Part shown: positions 47,311-57,090 of the stretch, in pieces | Layout of the letters: each line of letters starts with the position of its first letter | Position numbering within the stretch: the stretch's first letter is position 1 | Origin: Myxococcales bacterium | Lineage (GTDB): Bacteria > Myxococcota_A > UBA9042 > JABWCM01 > BTVJ01 | Direction of reading: 5' to 3' | Assembly: GCA_045863395.1 (NCBI GenBank) | Contig: BTVJ01000024.1 | Location: forward strand, 31,996-95,995 | Length of the DNA: 64,000 nucleotides | The notes under the pieces: model-generated | What the model was told of the DNA's origin: nothing | The model's database searches: none | What the model saw: the letters and a program-made list of their open reading frames with translations, nothing else | Program-made: the position numbers and the translations under genes

Positions 47311-47687
47311 GCGGAAAAAGGCCGCCGTCCAGAACACTCATGAATACAAGGCATTGCGCTCGAATCGCGATTGGTCGCGAAGGATGGCGGCGGCCACGCC
47401 GGTCGGGCCCGGTGGCCGGTGACGACGAGCCCGATGGCGGCCACGCCGGTCAGGACGGTGCCGGTGACGAGAGCTTTGTTGCACCGAGCACCGAGCAGGT
47501 AGACGACCTCATGCTGGTTGCTCTGGCCCTATTCCGACAGCGAACGACGAGCATGATGAGCGAGGCGTCCCCGAGAGCCGCTACGAGTCGAGTGACCAGC
47601 CCGCCGGTTGCCGTGGCGACGGCGGACAAGCTCGACCTCGTTCCGGCCATCGTCGAGGCGGACGACGAGGTGCTCGACGACTCGGTT

Positions 47688-48122
47688 TCAGGATCGCTCG
47701 CGCACCGCCCGACGAAGCTCCATGAGCCGTTGGGCGTGCTTCCACTCCGGGTACGAGCTGGCATCCGGTAGCGGGCGGTAACGCTCGCCCCGAGTGATCC
47801 ACGGCACGAGGCTGATGGCGGCCTTGTGCCCGGTCGGCTCCCACCGCGCCTCGGTCATCAGGGCCGACGTGCAGAGCCCGGCCAGGCGGCCGAGTCGCCC
47901 CCAGGGAAGATCCCGCAGTTCCCTCGGCACGATCTTCAGCCAGTGCTGAAGGTGGGCGTCGAGTAGCACGACGGCCCCGGTGAGGGCCGGGCGGTCGTAG
48001 AGGATCTCCGCGTCTTCAAGACGCTGCCGCATCCCGTCCGCGAAGAAGTGGACGACGGTGCGAACCCACGGCTCGTCCCTGAACCACGGCCGAACGTGAT
48101 GGCGCAGCTCGCCTTCCTTCAT
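47688..48122 (-). CDS. Hypothetical protein, paralog of 57090-57611
   Basis: Shared motifs TVxxFF, PAxxG, WxxTGxK, WxTxxERYxP. Confidence 0.62.
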   Translation of the reverse strand: MKEGELRHHVRPWFRDEPWVRTVVHFFADGMRQRLEDAEILYDRPALTGAVVLLDAHLQHWLKIVPRELRDLPWGRLGRLAGLCTSALMTEARWEPTGHKAAISLVPWITRGERYRPLPDASSYPEWKHAQRLMELRRAVRERS

Positions 48123-48584
48123 GCGACGAGCTGAGCACGCGGGGCTCATTAGAGCAAAAATTCGTCACTAATGCCCGCAGCCAGCCCGCGCCGTCGAAAA
48201 ATCGACATCGCGTAAGTGCACGTTCTGAGGGCACTTCCGGCTTGGCGACGAGTTTTCATGCTCATTCTTTCGCGGTCGCGGGCAGGTCGTGCGGACGCGG
48301 GACGAAGCGCAGCCGGAGGTTCCGGCGGCGGATTCTCCACAGAGCACGAGTCGCGGAGGGACACGATGGCTGCGAGAAAGTGGAGACACTTCGCTGAGTT
48401 GGTCGAGCAGGGGTAGCGGCCGGTCACGGGGCTCCCAAGATCGCGGAGTCCGACCCGTGGTCAGCCCCGTCCAGAAGTAGCGGCGTCCCAACCAGGTCCG
48501 CCGGGGCCCAGGTGCTTCACGAACGAGCCGCCGTGGTGGCGGCCGATGACGCGGGCTTCGAGCCCGCAACAGGAGAGGTGTGCC

Positions 48585-49283
48585 ATGAACTCGAACGGCA
48601 ACAACGGCAGCGAAATCAACAACTTCATCAGCGGAGGGATCAAGATGGACGACAAGAACCACGCCAACACGACCGACCTCGACCGCGACTTCACCACGAA
48701 CGTTGAGCTGGCCGCCCTCCACCTGGAGAAGGCGTCCAGCCTGCTCCGAGCCGGTAGCTCGCGGGAGCCGACGACGTTCCGTGTGCCCGAGAACGCCCTC
48801 GCGAATGCGACGCCGCTCGGCGCGAAGAACCTGGGCAGCACGGTGTGCCGGGCCGCCCCCACCGCCACTGCGGCGCCTCCGACGTGCCGGACCCACACGT
48901 CGGCGGACGCCCCCACGTTCGTCGGCGACGCGGCCGAGTTGGTCGCCGTCGTGCTGCTGGAGCGCGGCTACGCCTACAACACGGCCAGTGCGTTCCTTTC
49001 GGCGCTCCGAGCCCTCGACAACGTGCAGCCGGTGTTCGATCTCCTCCGTGCGACGCACATGCGCTTCCGCCTGGAGGAGAGCACGTCGCCCCGCCACCAG
49101 GAGACCATCTTCCAGTACTACCGGCTCTTCATCCAGGTGGCGGCCGAGCAGGGGTGGTGGATCGGCCGCGACCCCACCCGGTACGTGGAGACGAAGAACC
49201 TCCGCGTGGCCGCTCGGCGCACCCGGCGGTGCCTCAGCGCCGAGACCAAGGCGAACCTCAAGGCGATGCGGGGTGCCGCGTGA
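48585..49283 (+). CDS. Hypothetical protein
   Basis: RBS AGGAGAGG; first gene of the rightward replication-linked cluster. Confidence 0.6.
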   Translation: MNSNGNNGSEINNFISGGIKMDDKNHANTTDLDRDFTTNVELAALHLEKASSLLRAGSSREPTTFRVPENALANATPLGAKNLGSTVCRAAPTATAAPPTCRTHTSADAPTFVGDAAELVAVVLLERGYAYNTASAFLSALRALDNVQPVFDLLRATHMRFRLEESTSPRHQETIFQYYRLFIQVAAEQGWWIGRDPTRYVETKNLRVAARRTRRCLSAETKANLKAMRGAA

Positions 49284-50953
49284 ACTCCGACATCACGGAG
49301 ACCTCCCGCAGCGACCACGACTCCCCGGAGAAGGGCGAGGCGTTTCCGGCGAACGACGACATGATGCGAGAGGCCAGCGACGGGACGCTGACGATGGAGA
49401 GCGATCCCGGTCCCGCCGAGGATGACCTGGTCAGCGCGAAGTTCGCGGCGTCGCCCGTGCCCGAGTTCCTCAAGGCGCTGAACTTGATCGACGGTTCGGA
49501 CATCGACCCCGCCGCCGTCCCCGAGACGCAGATCCGCGCCTGGGTCGCGACGACCGAGACCCACCGCGAGCAGAGCTTCCTGCGTGGCTACCTGATCGGC
49601 CGGGCCCTCAAGGCCCAGAAGGCCACCATCAAGCACGGCCAGAAGGAAGCCTGGGCGCGCAGCCGTGGGCTCGCTCCGCAGTCCGTCAACGGCTACATCC
49701 GAGGCTTCGAGGCCATCGAGCAGGCGCTCCAAACCGAAGCCTGGGCTTCGATTCCGGCCGAGGTCTGGTTCACCAAGTGGGTCCGGCGGCTTGGGTCGAA
49801 GAAGACCGGCGAGCCCCCGAAGCCGACGGCCACTGGCGCTCTTGTGGCCGCGAAGGCCGCCCTCGTGAAGCTCGGCGCGCTGGACTCGACCGTCGAGTCG
49901 CTCGCGACGGAGGTGGACATCAAGATGTGGATCGGGGTCGCCGCCAACAACCTCTGCACCCTAGTCGGGCGCCTGACGACCACGAGTGGCGCCCCGGACC
50001 TCGATGCCGTCCTGGCGGACGCCACGAAGGCGGTGGCCGGGATGATGGCTGCATCGAAGCGCCTCAAGAGCACCACCGGGAACGGGGCGGCGAGCGGCAC
50101 CATCACGGCGGTTATCCCGGCCAACACGGCGGCGGCGTGCAGCGCCAGCACCAGCATCGAGGTCACCCAGGCAACGACCGCCCTTCCATCGACTCGGGAA
50201 CCGATCCAGTCGCTCCCAGTCAGGCTTCGCCCGACCCGGTTCGCCGACGTGCTCGGGAACGCCGACGCGAGAAGGGTGCTCCTCGGCGCCGTGATTGCGC
50301 GGAATGTCGGGCCGTTCCTTCTGCTGGGGCCCGCCGGAACGGGGAAGTCCGCCCTCGCCGGGATCTTCGCCCGCGCCTGGCTGTGCCTCGCCCCCGTGGC
50401 CGGAGAGCCATGCAGAACGTGCACCGCGTGCAAGGAAGGAGGTCGCGAGTGGCACATCGTATCGGGAGGCTCGATCGCCGTCATCGGGGCGGGCGACCAG
50501 CCCCCGGCCGACACGATCCAGCGCGTCCTCGACGCCATCCATCACGGCGCCGAGACGGTCATCGTGAACGAGGCCGACCTGCTGCTGCGCGAGCAGCGGA
50601 GCCTGCTCACCGTTCTGGAGTCCCCGAAGCTCAAGGCGCCGATCGTCTTCACGGCCGTCGGTGACGAGGCATTCCAGCGCCACGCGAACCAGTTCCCGAG
50701 CCGCCTCACCGTCCTGAAGACCGAACTGCTGCCGGACGAGGTGGTCGTCCGCCACATGCAGGAGGTCTACCGGCGTGAGGTCGGCCGCGACGGGCTCGCC
50801 GAGAAGGACGCCCTGGCGATCCTCGACGACCTCAAGGGTCGCGGCGTCGGCGGGCAGATGCGTGACGTGCTACGGGCACTCGACGCCCACATCCTCCGGG
50901 AGAAGGCCGCCCTGCTCGATGTCACCGCCCCGAGTCCGGCAGACGAGAAGTAG
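49280..50953 (+). CDS. DUF3102-like domain fused to a DnaX/HolB-like clamp-loader AAA+ domain
   Basis: IGRALKAQKATIKHG...W...YIR; RLRPTRFADVLGN, GPAGTGKS, Zn motif WLC...EPCRTCTAC, VIVNEAD, PSRL, GQMRD; GTGA overlap. Confidence 0.75.
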   Translation: MNSDITETSRSDHDSPEKGEAFPANDDMMREASDGTLTMESDPGPAEDDLVSAKFAASPVPEFLKALNLIDGSDIDPAAVPETQIRAWVATTETHREQSFLRGYLIGRALKAQKATIKHGQKEAWARSRGLAPQSVNGYIRGFEAIEQALQTEAWASIPAEVWFTKWVRRLGSKKTGEPPKPTATGALVAAKAALVKLGALDSTVESLATEVDIKMWIGVAANNLCTLVGRLTTTSGAPDLDAVLADATKAVAGMMAASKRLKSTTGNGAASGTITAVIPANTAAACSASTSIEVTQATTALPSTREPIQSLPVRLRPTRFADVLGNADARRVLLGAVIARNVGPFLLLGPAGTGKSALAGIFARAWLCLAPVAGEPCRTCTACKEGGREWHIVSGGSIAVIGAGDQPPADTIQRVLDAIHHGAETVIVNEADLLLREQRSLLTVLESPKLKAPIVFTAVGDEAFQRHANQFPSRLTVLKTELLPDEVVVRHMQEVYRREVGRDGLAEKDALAILDDLKGRGVGGQMRDVLRALDAHILREKAALLDVTAPSPADEK

Positions 50954-50962
50954 GAGGCCGCC

Positions 50963-51806
50963 ATGCTGCTCCGATACCCCGGCGGCCAGACGTTCCTCGC
51001 CCCGAAGATCCGGCACGCGCTGCCCCAGCAGCGCACCGAGCTGCGCGACCCCTTCTTCGGCGCGGGCGGGCTGCTCTTCGAGGCCGCCTCGACAACTGGG
51101 TCTGGAAGGCCGAACCGGAGTCGATCCGCATCAACGACAAGGACCCCGCCGTCGCCGCCTTCTGGACGGCCGTGATCCAGGCACCGGGTGACCTCTCCGA
51201 GCGGATCCGCGCCTACCGACCCAGGCGGCAGGACTTCTACGACTTCAAAGCCGAGTTGCTCCACGATCCGCCCGACGACCTGGTCGAGCAAGCGTTCAAG
51301 TTCCTGGTCGTGAACCGGCTCTCGCGGAACGGCTGGGGGCTCATGGCCGGTGCTCCGATGAAGCCGTTCGACGACCGATGGAGCCGGACTCGCTCATCAC
51401 CGGCGTTCGCGATGCGCACTGGCTCCTGGCCGGTCGCGTGCGCGGCAACGAGTGCACGAGCGACGATTTCGCGGCGGTACTCGACGAACCCGGCGACTAC
51501 TGGGCCGCCTGCGATCCCCCGTTCGTCGGTCAGGGCCACAAGCTCTACCGGCACTCGTTCACCGAGGCCGAGCACCGGCGGCTTGCCCGTGTCCTTCGAC
51601 GGGTTGGCAAGCCGTTCCTGGTGACCTACGACGACACGAAGCTCGTCCGCGACCTCTACGAGCCGTGGGCCGTCGTCGATGTGGCCGACATCTGGTTCGG
51701 CGACGACCGGAAGGCCGCGACCGGGCTTCTCATCCACCGGCGCGAGGATGCCGAGCAGGTGCGCTACCAGAGGATCGGGCCGATCCTCGACCTGTTCGGC
51801 GCATGA
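50963..51806 (+). pseudogene. Dam-family (D12 class) N6-adenine methyltransferase, split across three frames
   Basis: LRYPGG, DPFFGAGG, INDKD, NRLSRNG, DPPF, LYRHSF, LVTYDD in successive frames; shifts near 51085-51125 and 51380. Confidence 0.8.
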
Positions 51807-51920
51807 CGACCGTCGGCCCCTCGCCGAGCACCTCGTCGGCGGCCTCGACGAGCGCCAGGTCGGCATCGGTGAGCACCGCCTGCGACGGGCTCGGGCCGGA
51901 CGGGCCGTCGCCTTCGCCGT

Positions 51921-52257
51921 TGTTCCCGTTGTTCCCGTCGTGTTCCCGTTCGGAACGGCCCCGACGGGAACAGGCTTTCGGAAGCATTCTCAGGCACTTG
52001 AACAAGCTAGATCGTCTTGTTCCCGTTGTTCCCGTTCGCAGGATCAACCTTAACGCGAGGACGCCCTCCACGAGCAGGACGACGATCCCGAGGTCGATCG
52101 ACGATGAAGATCCCCCCAGACGTATAGAGGTAGATGCGGCGGAACGGGAACAGCGGGAACAAGGCCGGTTCTTTGGTTCAACAATCGGTTTTCAAAGGTG
52201 TTTCCTTGTTCCCGTCCGAACGGGAACAAGCCCCTCGCGAACGGGAACACGGGAACA
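51921..52257. repeat. Putative replication origin: 12 TGTTCCCG iterons in mirror arrangement
   Basis: Forward at 51921, 51930, 51941, 52018, 52027, 52207; reverse at 51965, 52145, 52154, 52221, 52242, 52250; upstream of the primase-helicase. Confidence 0.8.
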
Positions 52258-52378
52258 CGGTGGGTCCCCTCGCCGACCTCGCCCACGAGAAAAGTGAGGG
52301 CAGACCCCGGTAAAGAGCCAATACCCGCCGGGTATAGGTGGACGGGCGCTGACGCCCCGCCACCTGGAGGAACCCTCG

Positions 52379-52639
52379 ATGACCGTGAACGACATCGCCT
52401 CGTTGCTGACCACCTCGCAGCTCGCCCATGTGCTCGGGCGAAGCCCGGCGACCATCGTGTCTTGGGCGAAGAGCGGACGCATCCCCGTCGCCATGTGGGT
52501 GGGGCTCGACGTGCGCGGTGCCCGCTACCGCCTCGACGACGTGCTGGCCGCGCTCCAGCAGCCCCCGCCGTCCATCTGCACGCAGGCCGCGAGCGACGAC
52601 CACAACGACCGCGTCGGAGGCGTGCGAGCCGCTCGGTGA
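52379..52639 (+). CDS. Xis/AlpA-like HTH protein
   Basis: LLTTSQLAHVLGRSPATIVSWAKSGRIP...RYRLDDV; RBS GGAGG. Confidence 0.78.
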   Translation: MTVNDIASLLTTSQLAHVLGRSPATIVSWAKSGRIPVAMWVGLDVRGARYRLDDVLAALQQPPPSICTQAASDDHNDRVGGVRAAR

Positions 52640-52668
52640 GGAGCGAGGGGGACGAGAAGGAGGACGAG

Positions 52669-55600
52669 ATGAGCGACGAGATGGCCCCCGCCCCGGCGGC
52701 AACCGAGGCGGAGGCGAGCGGCAAGACGAACGCTGTGCCCGTTCTACCCGATGAGGGCGTCATCCGCAGCTACATCCAGTGGTTGCACGACGAGGACGAC
52801 CCCATCTGCGACGTGCTCCTGTGGGACGACCACCCGGGTCACAGGGGCCCGACGGGCGACCGCCGGGGCAGGCTCTCCGAGCTGCTGCCGGAACTGGTGA
52901 GGCTCAACGCAACCGGCACTGCGGTCGGCGTGCGCCTGGCGGTCTTCGAGGGCGAGGGCACCGACGAGGAGAACGTCGCCCGGGTGCTCGCCGTGTTCCA
53001 GGACTCCGACCGGGGAACGCTGCCAGGTGTCGAGGGCACCATGCACTCCCGGGGACGGCAGGGTGATCACCGCGTGCACCGGCTCCACAAGGACGACGGC
53101 AAGCGGTTCAAGGACATCAAGGACGTGGCGCTCCGCCTCGCCGTCCGCGACCGCACCGACCCGGCGACGACCCTGCTGAACCAGACGCAGCGGCTTCCGG
53201 GCAGCGTCAACTGGAAGAAGCCCGCGAGCCCCGTGCTCGTCACGCTCGTGGCTCCACTGCCCGATCGGAGCTGGCGTCTCGACGATCTGGCCGCGAAGAC
53301 GACGGCCCTCGACGACGAGGAGACGAAGTCGTACCGGGTCTGGTACGCCTCCCAGAAGCTCCGCGACAAGCTCGGTGGCGACGAGATCCCCGACTTCGGC
53401 ACCAAGAAGTGGGGCAAGGCCGAGCGGGTGGTCCGGGACTGGGTGACGGCCGACCGGGAGCGGACCCGCCTTCGCCGAGCCCTGCACGAGCGCCTCGCCG
53501 ACGAGGCCGTCGCCGAGGACGCTCCGAAGCTCGCCAAGGATCTCGGCCTCGAAGAGATCGCGGCGGAGCAGGAGCCCTTGGTCTACGCGCTGGACAAGGC
53601 GACGGCCGAGACCTGGCTCGGCGCGGCGAAGCCCGCGTCCTTCGATGCGACGAAGGACTGGACCCAGACTGCCGTGCTCGCCAAGCTCCGCTTCTTCTGC
53701 GTGACTTTCGGCTTCGACACCGCGAAGCCCCTGCCGCCCCAGCCGTGGGACAAGAAGACGGCGCTACGGATCGCCGTCGAGGCCGAGCACTGGATCGCTG
53801 CCTGCGAACGCTATCGCATCGCCCAGATGCGCATCCCCACGCTCTCCAACAATCCGGGCGGCGGCCGGTGGGAGGCGAGCCAGGTGCCGAAGCCGGAGCC
53901 CTTCGCCTTCGGCTCTGTCCCCGAGGACGTGCTGAAGGCCTGGAGCAAGACCCGCAAGTCGGCAGGGTCGAGATGGATCCTCACGACGTTCAAGGTCGCC
54001 GACTTCGTGAGGGACACGGGCATCCTGCTCGGCACCGGCAGCTACGGCACCTCGACCGTCTACCAGATCAACTGCCCGTGGGCCGACGAACACTCGGGGC
54101 CGTCGAGCCCGAGCACGACCTCCATCTTGCACACGCCGGGGGAGGTGCCGGGGTTCCGGTGCTTCCGGTCGTGCCACCAGGACAAGACCATCATCGACCT
54201 CGTGCGGCACTACGCGGACGCCCTCAGCGACTACTGCGAGGCTCGGTCCCCGTCCGACGCCGCAACGTCCATCACCGTGGACGACCGGAACATGACCATC
54301 CCGGCGGGCTACCGGGTCACGGACGCTGGGCTCATGCTCGTCCGAGTGACGGAGGCCGGGGAGGTCGAGATCCCCATCTGCCCGACTCCGGTCTACATCA
54401 TCGGGCTCGGCCGCGATGTGCTCTCGGGCCAGGAACAAGTCGAGCTGGCGTGGAAGCGGTACGGCGCCCGGCGCACGCTCGTTGCCGCCAGGCGGGACAT
54501 CGCTGACCGCACAAAGATCGTCGCCCTCGCTGACCGGGGGATCCCCGTGACGAGCGAGAACGCCCGCGACCTCGTGACGTGGTTCGCCAAGTTCGAGGAG
54601 GCCAACCCCGACCTCCCGAAGACGAGCACGACCTCGGTGATGGGGTGGACGCGGTGCCGTCAGGCGTTCGTCGTCGGCGACCGTGTGATCGGCACGCCCA
54701 AGGAGCCCGTCACGTTCGGCACGTCCGACCCCGGCACCGCCGATCTTGCCGCCGGGTTCGTGATGCGAGGCAACCTCGCCGAGTGGCGGGACCTCTTCGA
54801 GGAGGTGGTGAAGTCCAGCCCGCCTGCCGCGCTCGCGGTGTACGCCGCAGTAGCCCCGATTCTGCTGGAGCTGCTCGACATGCCCGGGTTCGCCGTCGAG
54901 TACGCAGGCGTGACGAGCACCGGGAAGACCACGGCCCTTCGGCTCGCCGCGTCCGTGTGGGGAACGCCCGACGAGGCGAGGAGGGGCTCAGTGCTGGGCA
55001 CCTGGAAGGCGACCCGCAACGCCATCGAGCGCATGGCCGCGTGCCGCTCCCACCTCCCGACCATCCTCGACGACTCGAAGGGGGCGGCCAGGCCGGAGAC
55101 GGTGCCCCAGGTCGTCTACGACCTCGTGCAGGGGCAGGGACGAGGGCGGGCGACCATCCACGGGCTCCAGCAGTCGGGGCACTGGAGGACGGTGGTCGTC
55201 ACGAGCGGGGAGGAGCCGTCCGCTACGATGGCCGGACACCGGGCCGGTGGGGCGTCGGCGCGGACGCTGCTGGTCTGGGGTTCACCGTTCGACGGAGTAC
55301 CCGCCGACAGGCAGAAGGCGCTCGTCGATCAGATCAACGGCGAGGTGCGCACCACCTACGGACACCTCGGCCCAGCTTGCGTCGAGCGGCTCATTCGAGG
55401 GCTCGAAGAGACGAAGTTCGATCTTCGCCCAGTGCACGCGATCGAGGCCGAGAGGCTCTTCAAGTCGTCGCCAGGGTCGGCCGTTGCGGGACGAATGGCC
55501 GACTCGATGGCCGTGCTTTCCCTCACGGGAGTGCTCGTCCACAAGGTCTTGCAGATCGAGCACATCAAGCCGCAGGCCGTCATCGACGCCTGCTGGCAGA

Positions 55601-56358
55601 CGATCGTCGGCGAGGCCAAGACCGCCGACGTGGCGAAGTCCGCCCTGGAGATCGTGTTCTCGACGGCGACGGCGCAACGGCACCGCTTCTGGGCCATCGG
55701 GAAGTCGGGGGACGCTCCCCATCTCGGATGGGGTGGCCGGTGGGACGACGCTCCCGACGCCGACCTCTGCATCACGCCGGAGTTCCTCACCCAGGCGTTG
55801 CGGGAGTCGAGGCACGACGTGAACGCCGTCGTGAGGACCTGGGCCGACCGCAAGTGGATCTCCGTTCAGGGCACCGACCGGCGGACGAAGAAGGTGCGCC
55901 TCTACGACGTGCTCACCAACTGCTACGTGATCCCGGCGGTCATCATCTCGGAGCAGGTGCTCGACGGCGGAGCCGTCATCGACCGCAAGTCGGAGCCCGC
56001 CGAGGACACCGGCGTCGAGGAGTTGTTGGAGAACCTCGCAGCGACAGCGGCACTGCTCCGTAAGAAGGGCGTGGAACCGCATCCTGGGGTACTACGGGCT
56101 CCGGAGCCCCAGTCCCCGACCGTGCGTGACCATACGACGCAAGCGGCGAACCGGGGAAACGACGACCAGGGCGAGGGCACCGACCCCGAGTCCCTGGCGA
56201 TCTTCGACGAGTTGAAGAAGTACGTGTGGCCAAGGTTCCCGCCCGGCGTGTTGGAGCCCCCGGGCCCCGAGTCGTCCCAGGAAGCCTTTCTCGATCACCG
56301 ACGCCGCCTGCTGGCCTACGTGAAGGCTCACGGCAAGCCTATCGGTCAGCAAGCGTAG
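52669..56358 (+). CDS. Multidomain primase-helicase: RepB-type primase, Zn finger, DUF927/Cch-like helicase
   Basis: VFQDSD...HSRG..GDH...DPA...QRLPGSVNWK primase motifs; CPWADEH...FRCFRSCH; MGW, GVTSTGKTT, ILDD, GQGRGR, WRTVVVTSGE, YGHLG; RBS AAGGAGG. Confidence 0.85.
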   Translation: MSDEMAPAPAATEAEASGKTNAVPVLPDEGVIRSYIQWLHDEDDPICDVLLWDDHPGHRGPTGDRRGRLSELLPELVRLNATGTAVGVRLAVFEGEGTDEENVARVLAVFQDSDRGTLPGVEGTMHSRGRQGDHRVHRLHKDDGKRFKDIKDVALRLAVRDRTDPATTLLNQTQRLPGSVNWKKPASPVLVTLVAPLPDRSWRLDDLAAKTTALDDEETKSYRVWYASQKLRDKLGGDEIPDFGTKKWGKAERVVRDWVTADRERTRLRRALHERLADEAVAEDAPKLAKDLGLEEIAAEQEPLVYALDKATAETWLGAAKPASFDATKDWTQTAVLAKLRFFCVTFGFDTAKPLPPQPWDKKTALRIAVEAEHWIAACERYRIAQMRIPTLSNNPGGGRWEASQVPKPEPFAFGSVPEDVLKAWSKTRKSAGSRWILTTFKVADFVRDTGILLGTGSYGTSTVYQINCPWADEHSGPSSPSTTSILHTPGEVPGFRCFRSCHQDKTIIDLVRHYADALSDYCEARSPSDAATSITVDDRNMTIPAGYRVTDAGLMLVRVTEAGEVEIPICPTPVYIIGLGRDVLSGQEQVELAWKRYGARRTLVAARRDIADRTKIVALADRGIPVTSENARDLVTWFAKFEEANPDLPKTSTTSVMGWTRCRQAFVVGDRVIGTPKEPVTFGTSDPGTADLAAGFVMRGNLAEWRDLFEEVVKSSPPAALAVYAAVAPILLELLDMPGFAVEYAGVTSTGKTTALRLAASVWGTPDEARRGSVLGTWKATRNAIERMAACRSHLPTILDDSKGAARPETVPQVVYDLVQGQGRGRATIHGLQQSGHWRTVVVTSGEEPSATMAGHRAGGASARTLLVWGSPFDGVPADRQKALVDQINGEVRTTYGHLGPACVERLIRGLEETKFDLRPVHAIEAERLFKSSPGSAVAGRMADSMAVLSLTGVLVHKVLQIEHIKPQAVIDACWQTIVGEAKTADVAKSALEIVFSTATAQRHRFWAIGKSGDAPHLGWGGRWDDAPDADLCITPEFLTQALRESRHDVNAVVRTWADRKWISVQGTDRRTKKVRLYDVLTNCYVIPAVIISEQVLDGGAVIDRKSEPAEDTGVEELLENLAATAALLRKKGVEPHPGVLRAPEPQSPTVRDHTTQAANRGNDDQGEGTDPESLAIFDELKKYVWPRFPPGVLEPPGPESSQEAFLDHRRRLLAYVKAHGKPIGQQA

Positions 56359-56361
56359 CGG

Positions 56362-56580
56362 TTACCGAGTCCGACCTGACCTGGTGAGCGCGGCCAACAC
56401 GTCCTCGAACCGGAACCTGACCGCACGTCGAAGCCGCACGACAGGGATCGCCCCTTCCCTGACGACACGGCGGATCGTGGAGACGCTCACCGAGAGCGCC
56501 TCGGCCAGTTCGCCGATGGTGAGTAGGCGATCCTTGTCGGATGTCCTGGTAGTCGTCGCCTCGGGCGTCGTGTTCGTCAT
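56362..56580 (-). CDS. Excisionase-family HTH protein
   Basis: LLTIGELAEALSVSVSTIRRVVREGAIPVVRLRRAVRFRFEDV; RBS AGGAG. Confidence 0.85.
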   Translation of the reverse strand: MTNTTPEATTTRTSDKDRLLTIGELAEALSVSVSTIRRVVREGAIPVVRLRRAVRFRFEDVLAALTRSGRTR

Positions 56581-56823
56581 CGTCGGCGTGCTCCTGGGCG
56601 AGTTGAATCCATACGAGATCGTCGCCCGATAGCCCGAGAACCGGGGTTGCGACGGTCAGGAGCAGTCCGGCGAGATCGGCGACGTGCTCGCGGACGCTGC
56701 CGTGGTCGTGCAACGGGTCGGGTTCAACGGGGGTTTGCATGGGGGATCATGGGCGTCGGCGACCGTTGCGGTCTGGGGCTGGCGACCCGTTCGGGCGCAG
56801 GTCGTCTCCATCCGGGCGGGAGA

Positions 56824-57090
56824 TCAGCTCGCCAGCAGCCGACGGGTCAGCTCGGCGCGTATTTCGTCCCCTGCGGAGGGGTCGCCCTCGTACACGAGCA
56901 GGATCGCGGCGTCCCCTTCGTCGCCAACGGCCTGGCGCGGGAACCACTCCTTCCAGGTCCAGTCCCCCGTAGCACGCTGGGCCTCCCACCGAAGCGCCAA
57001 GCCGTAGCGCGAGACCGTGCCATGCGCGCTGTACTCACCCGTCTCGGCGCCGTGGTGAACTTCGAGCACGTCGATGACCCTGGGCTCCAC
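56824..57090 (-). CDS. Hypothetical protein
   Basis: GTG start abutting the upstream stop; RBS GGAG. Confidence 0.5.
   Translation of the reverse strand: MEPRVIDVLEVHHGAETGEYSAHGTVSRYGLALRWEAQRATGDWTWKEWFPRQAVGDEGDAAILLVYEGDPSAGDEIRAELTRRLLAS

Noticed and set aside
47292..47771. 159-aa plus-strand ORF
   Set aside because: No RBS or motif; overlaps a promoter region and the 47688 gene.
48366..48416. 16-aa leader peptide MAARKWRHFAELVEQG with a GGAGGG RBS
   Set aside because: No attenuator structure or homology support visible.
51921..52257. CRISPR array or coding repeat
   Set aside because: 8-bp motifs in both orientations with irregular spacing; overlapping ORFs are low-complexity translations.
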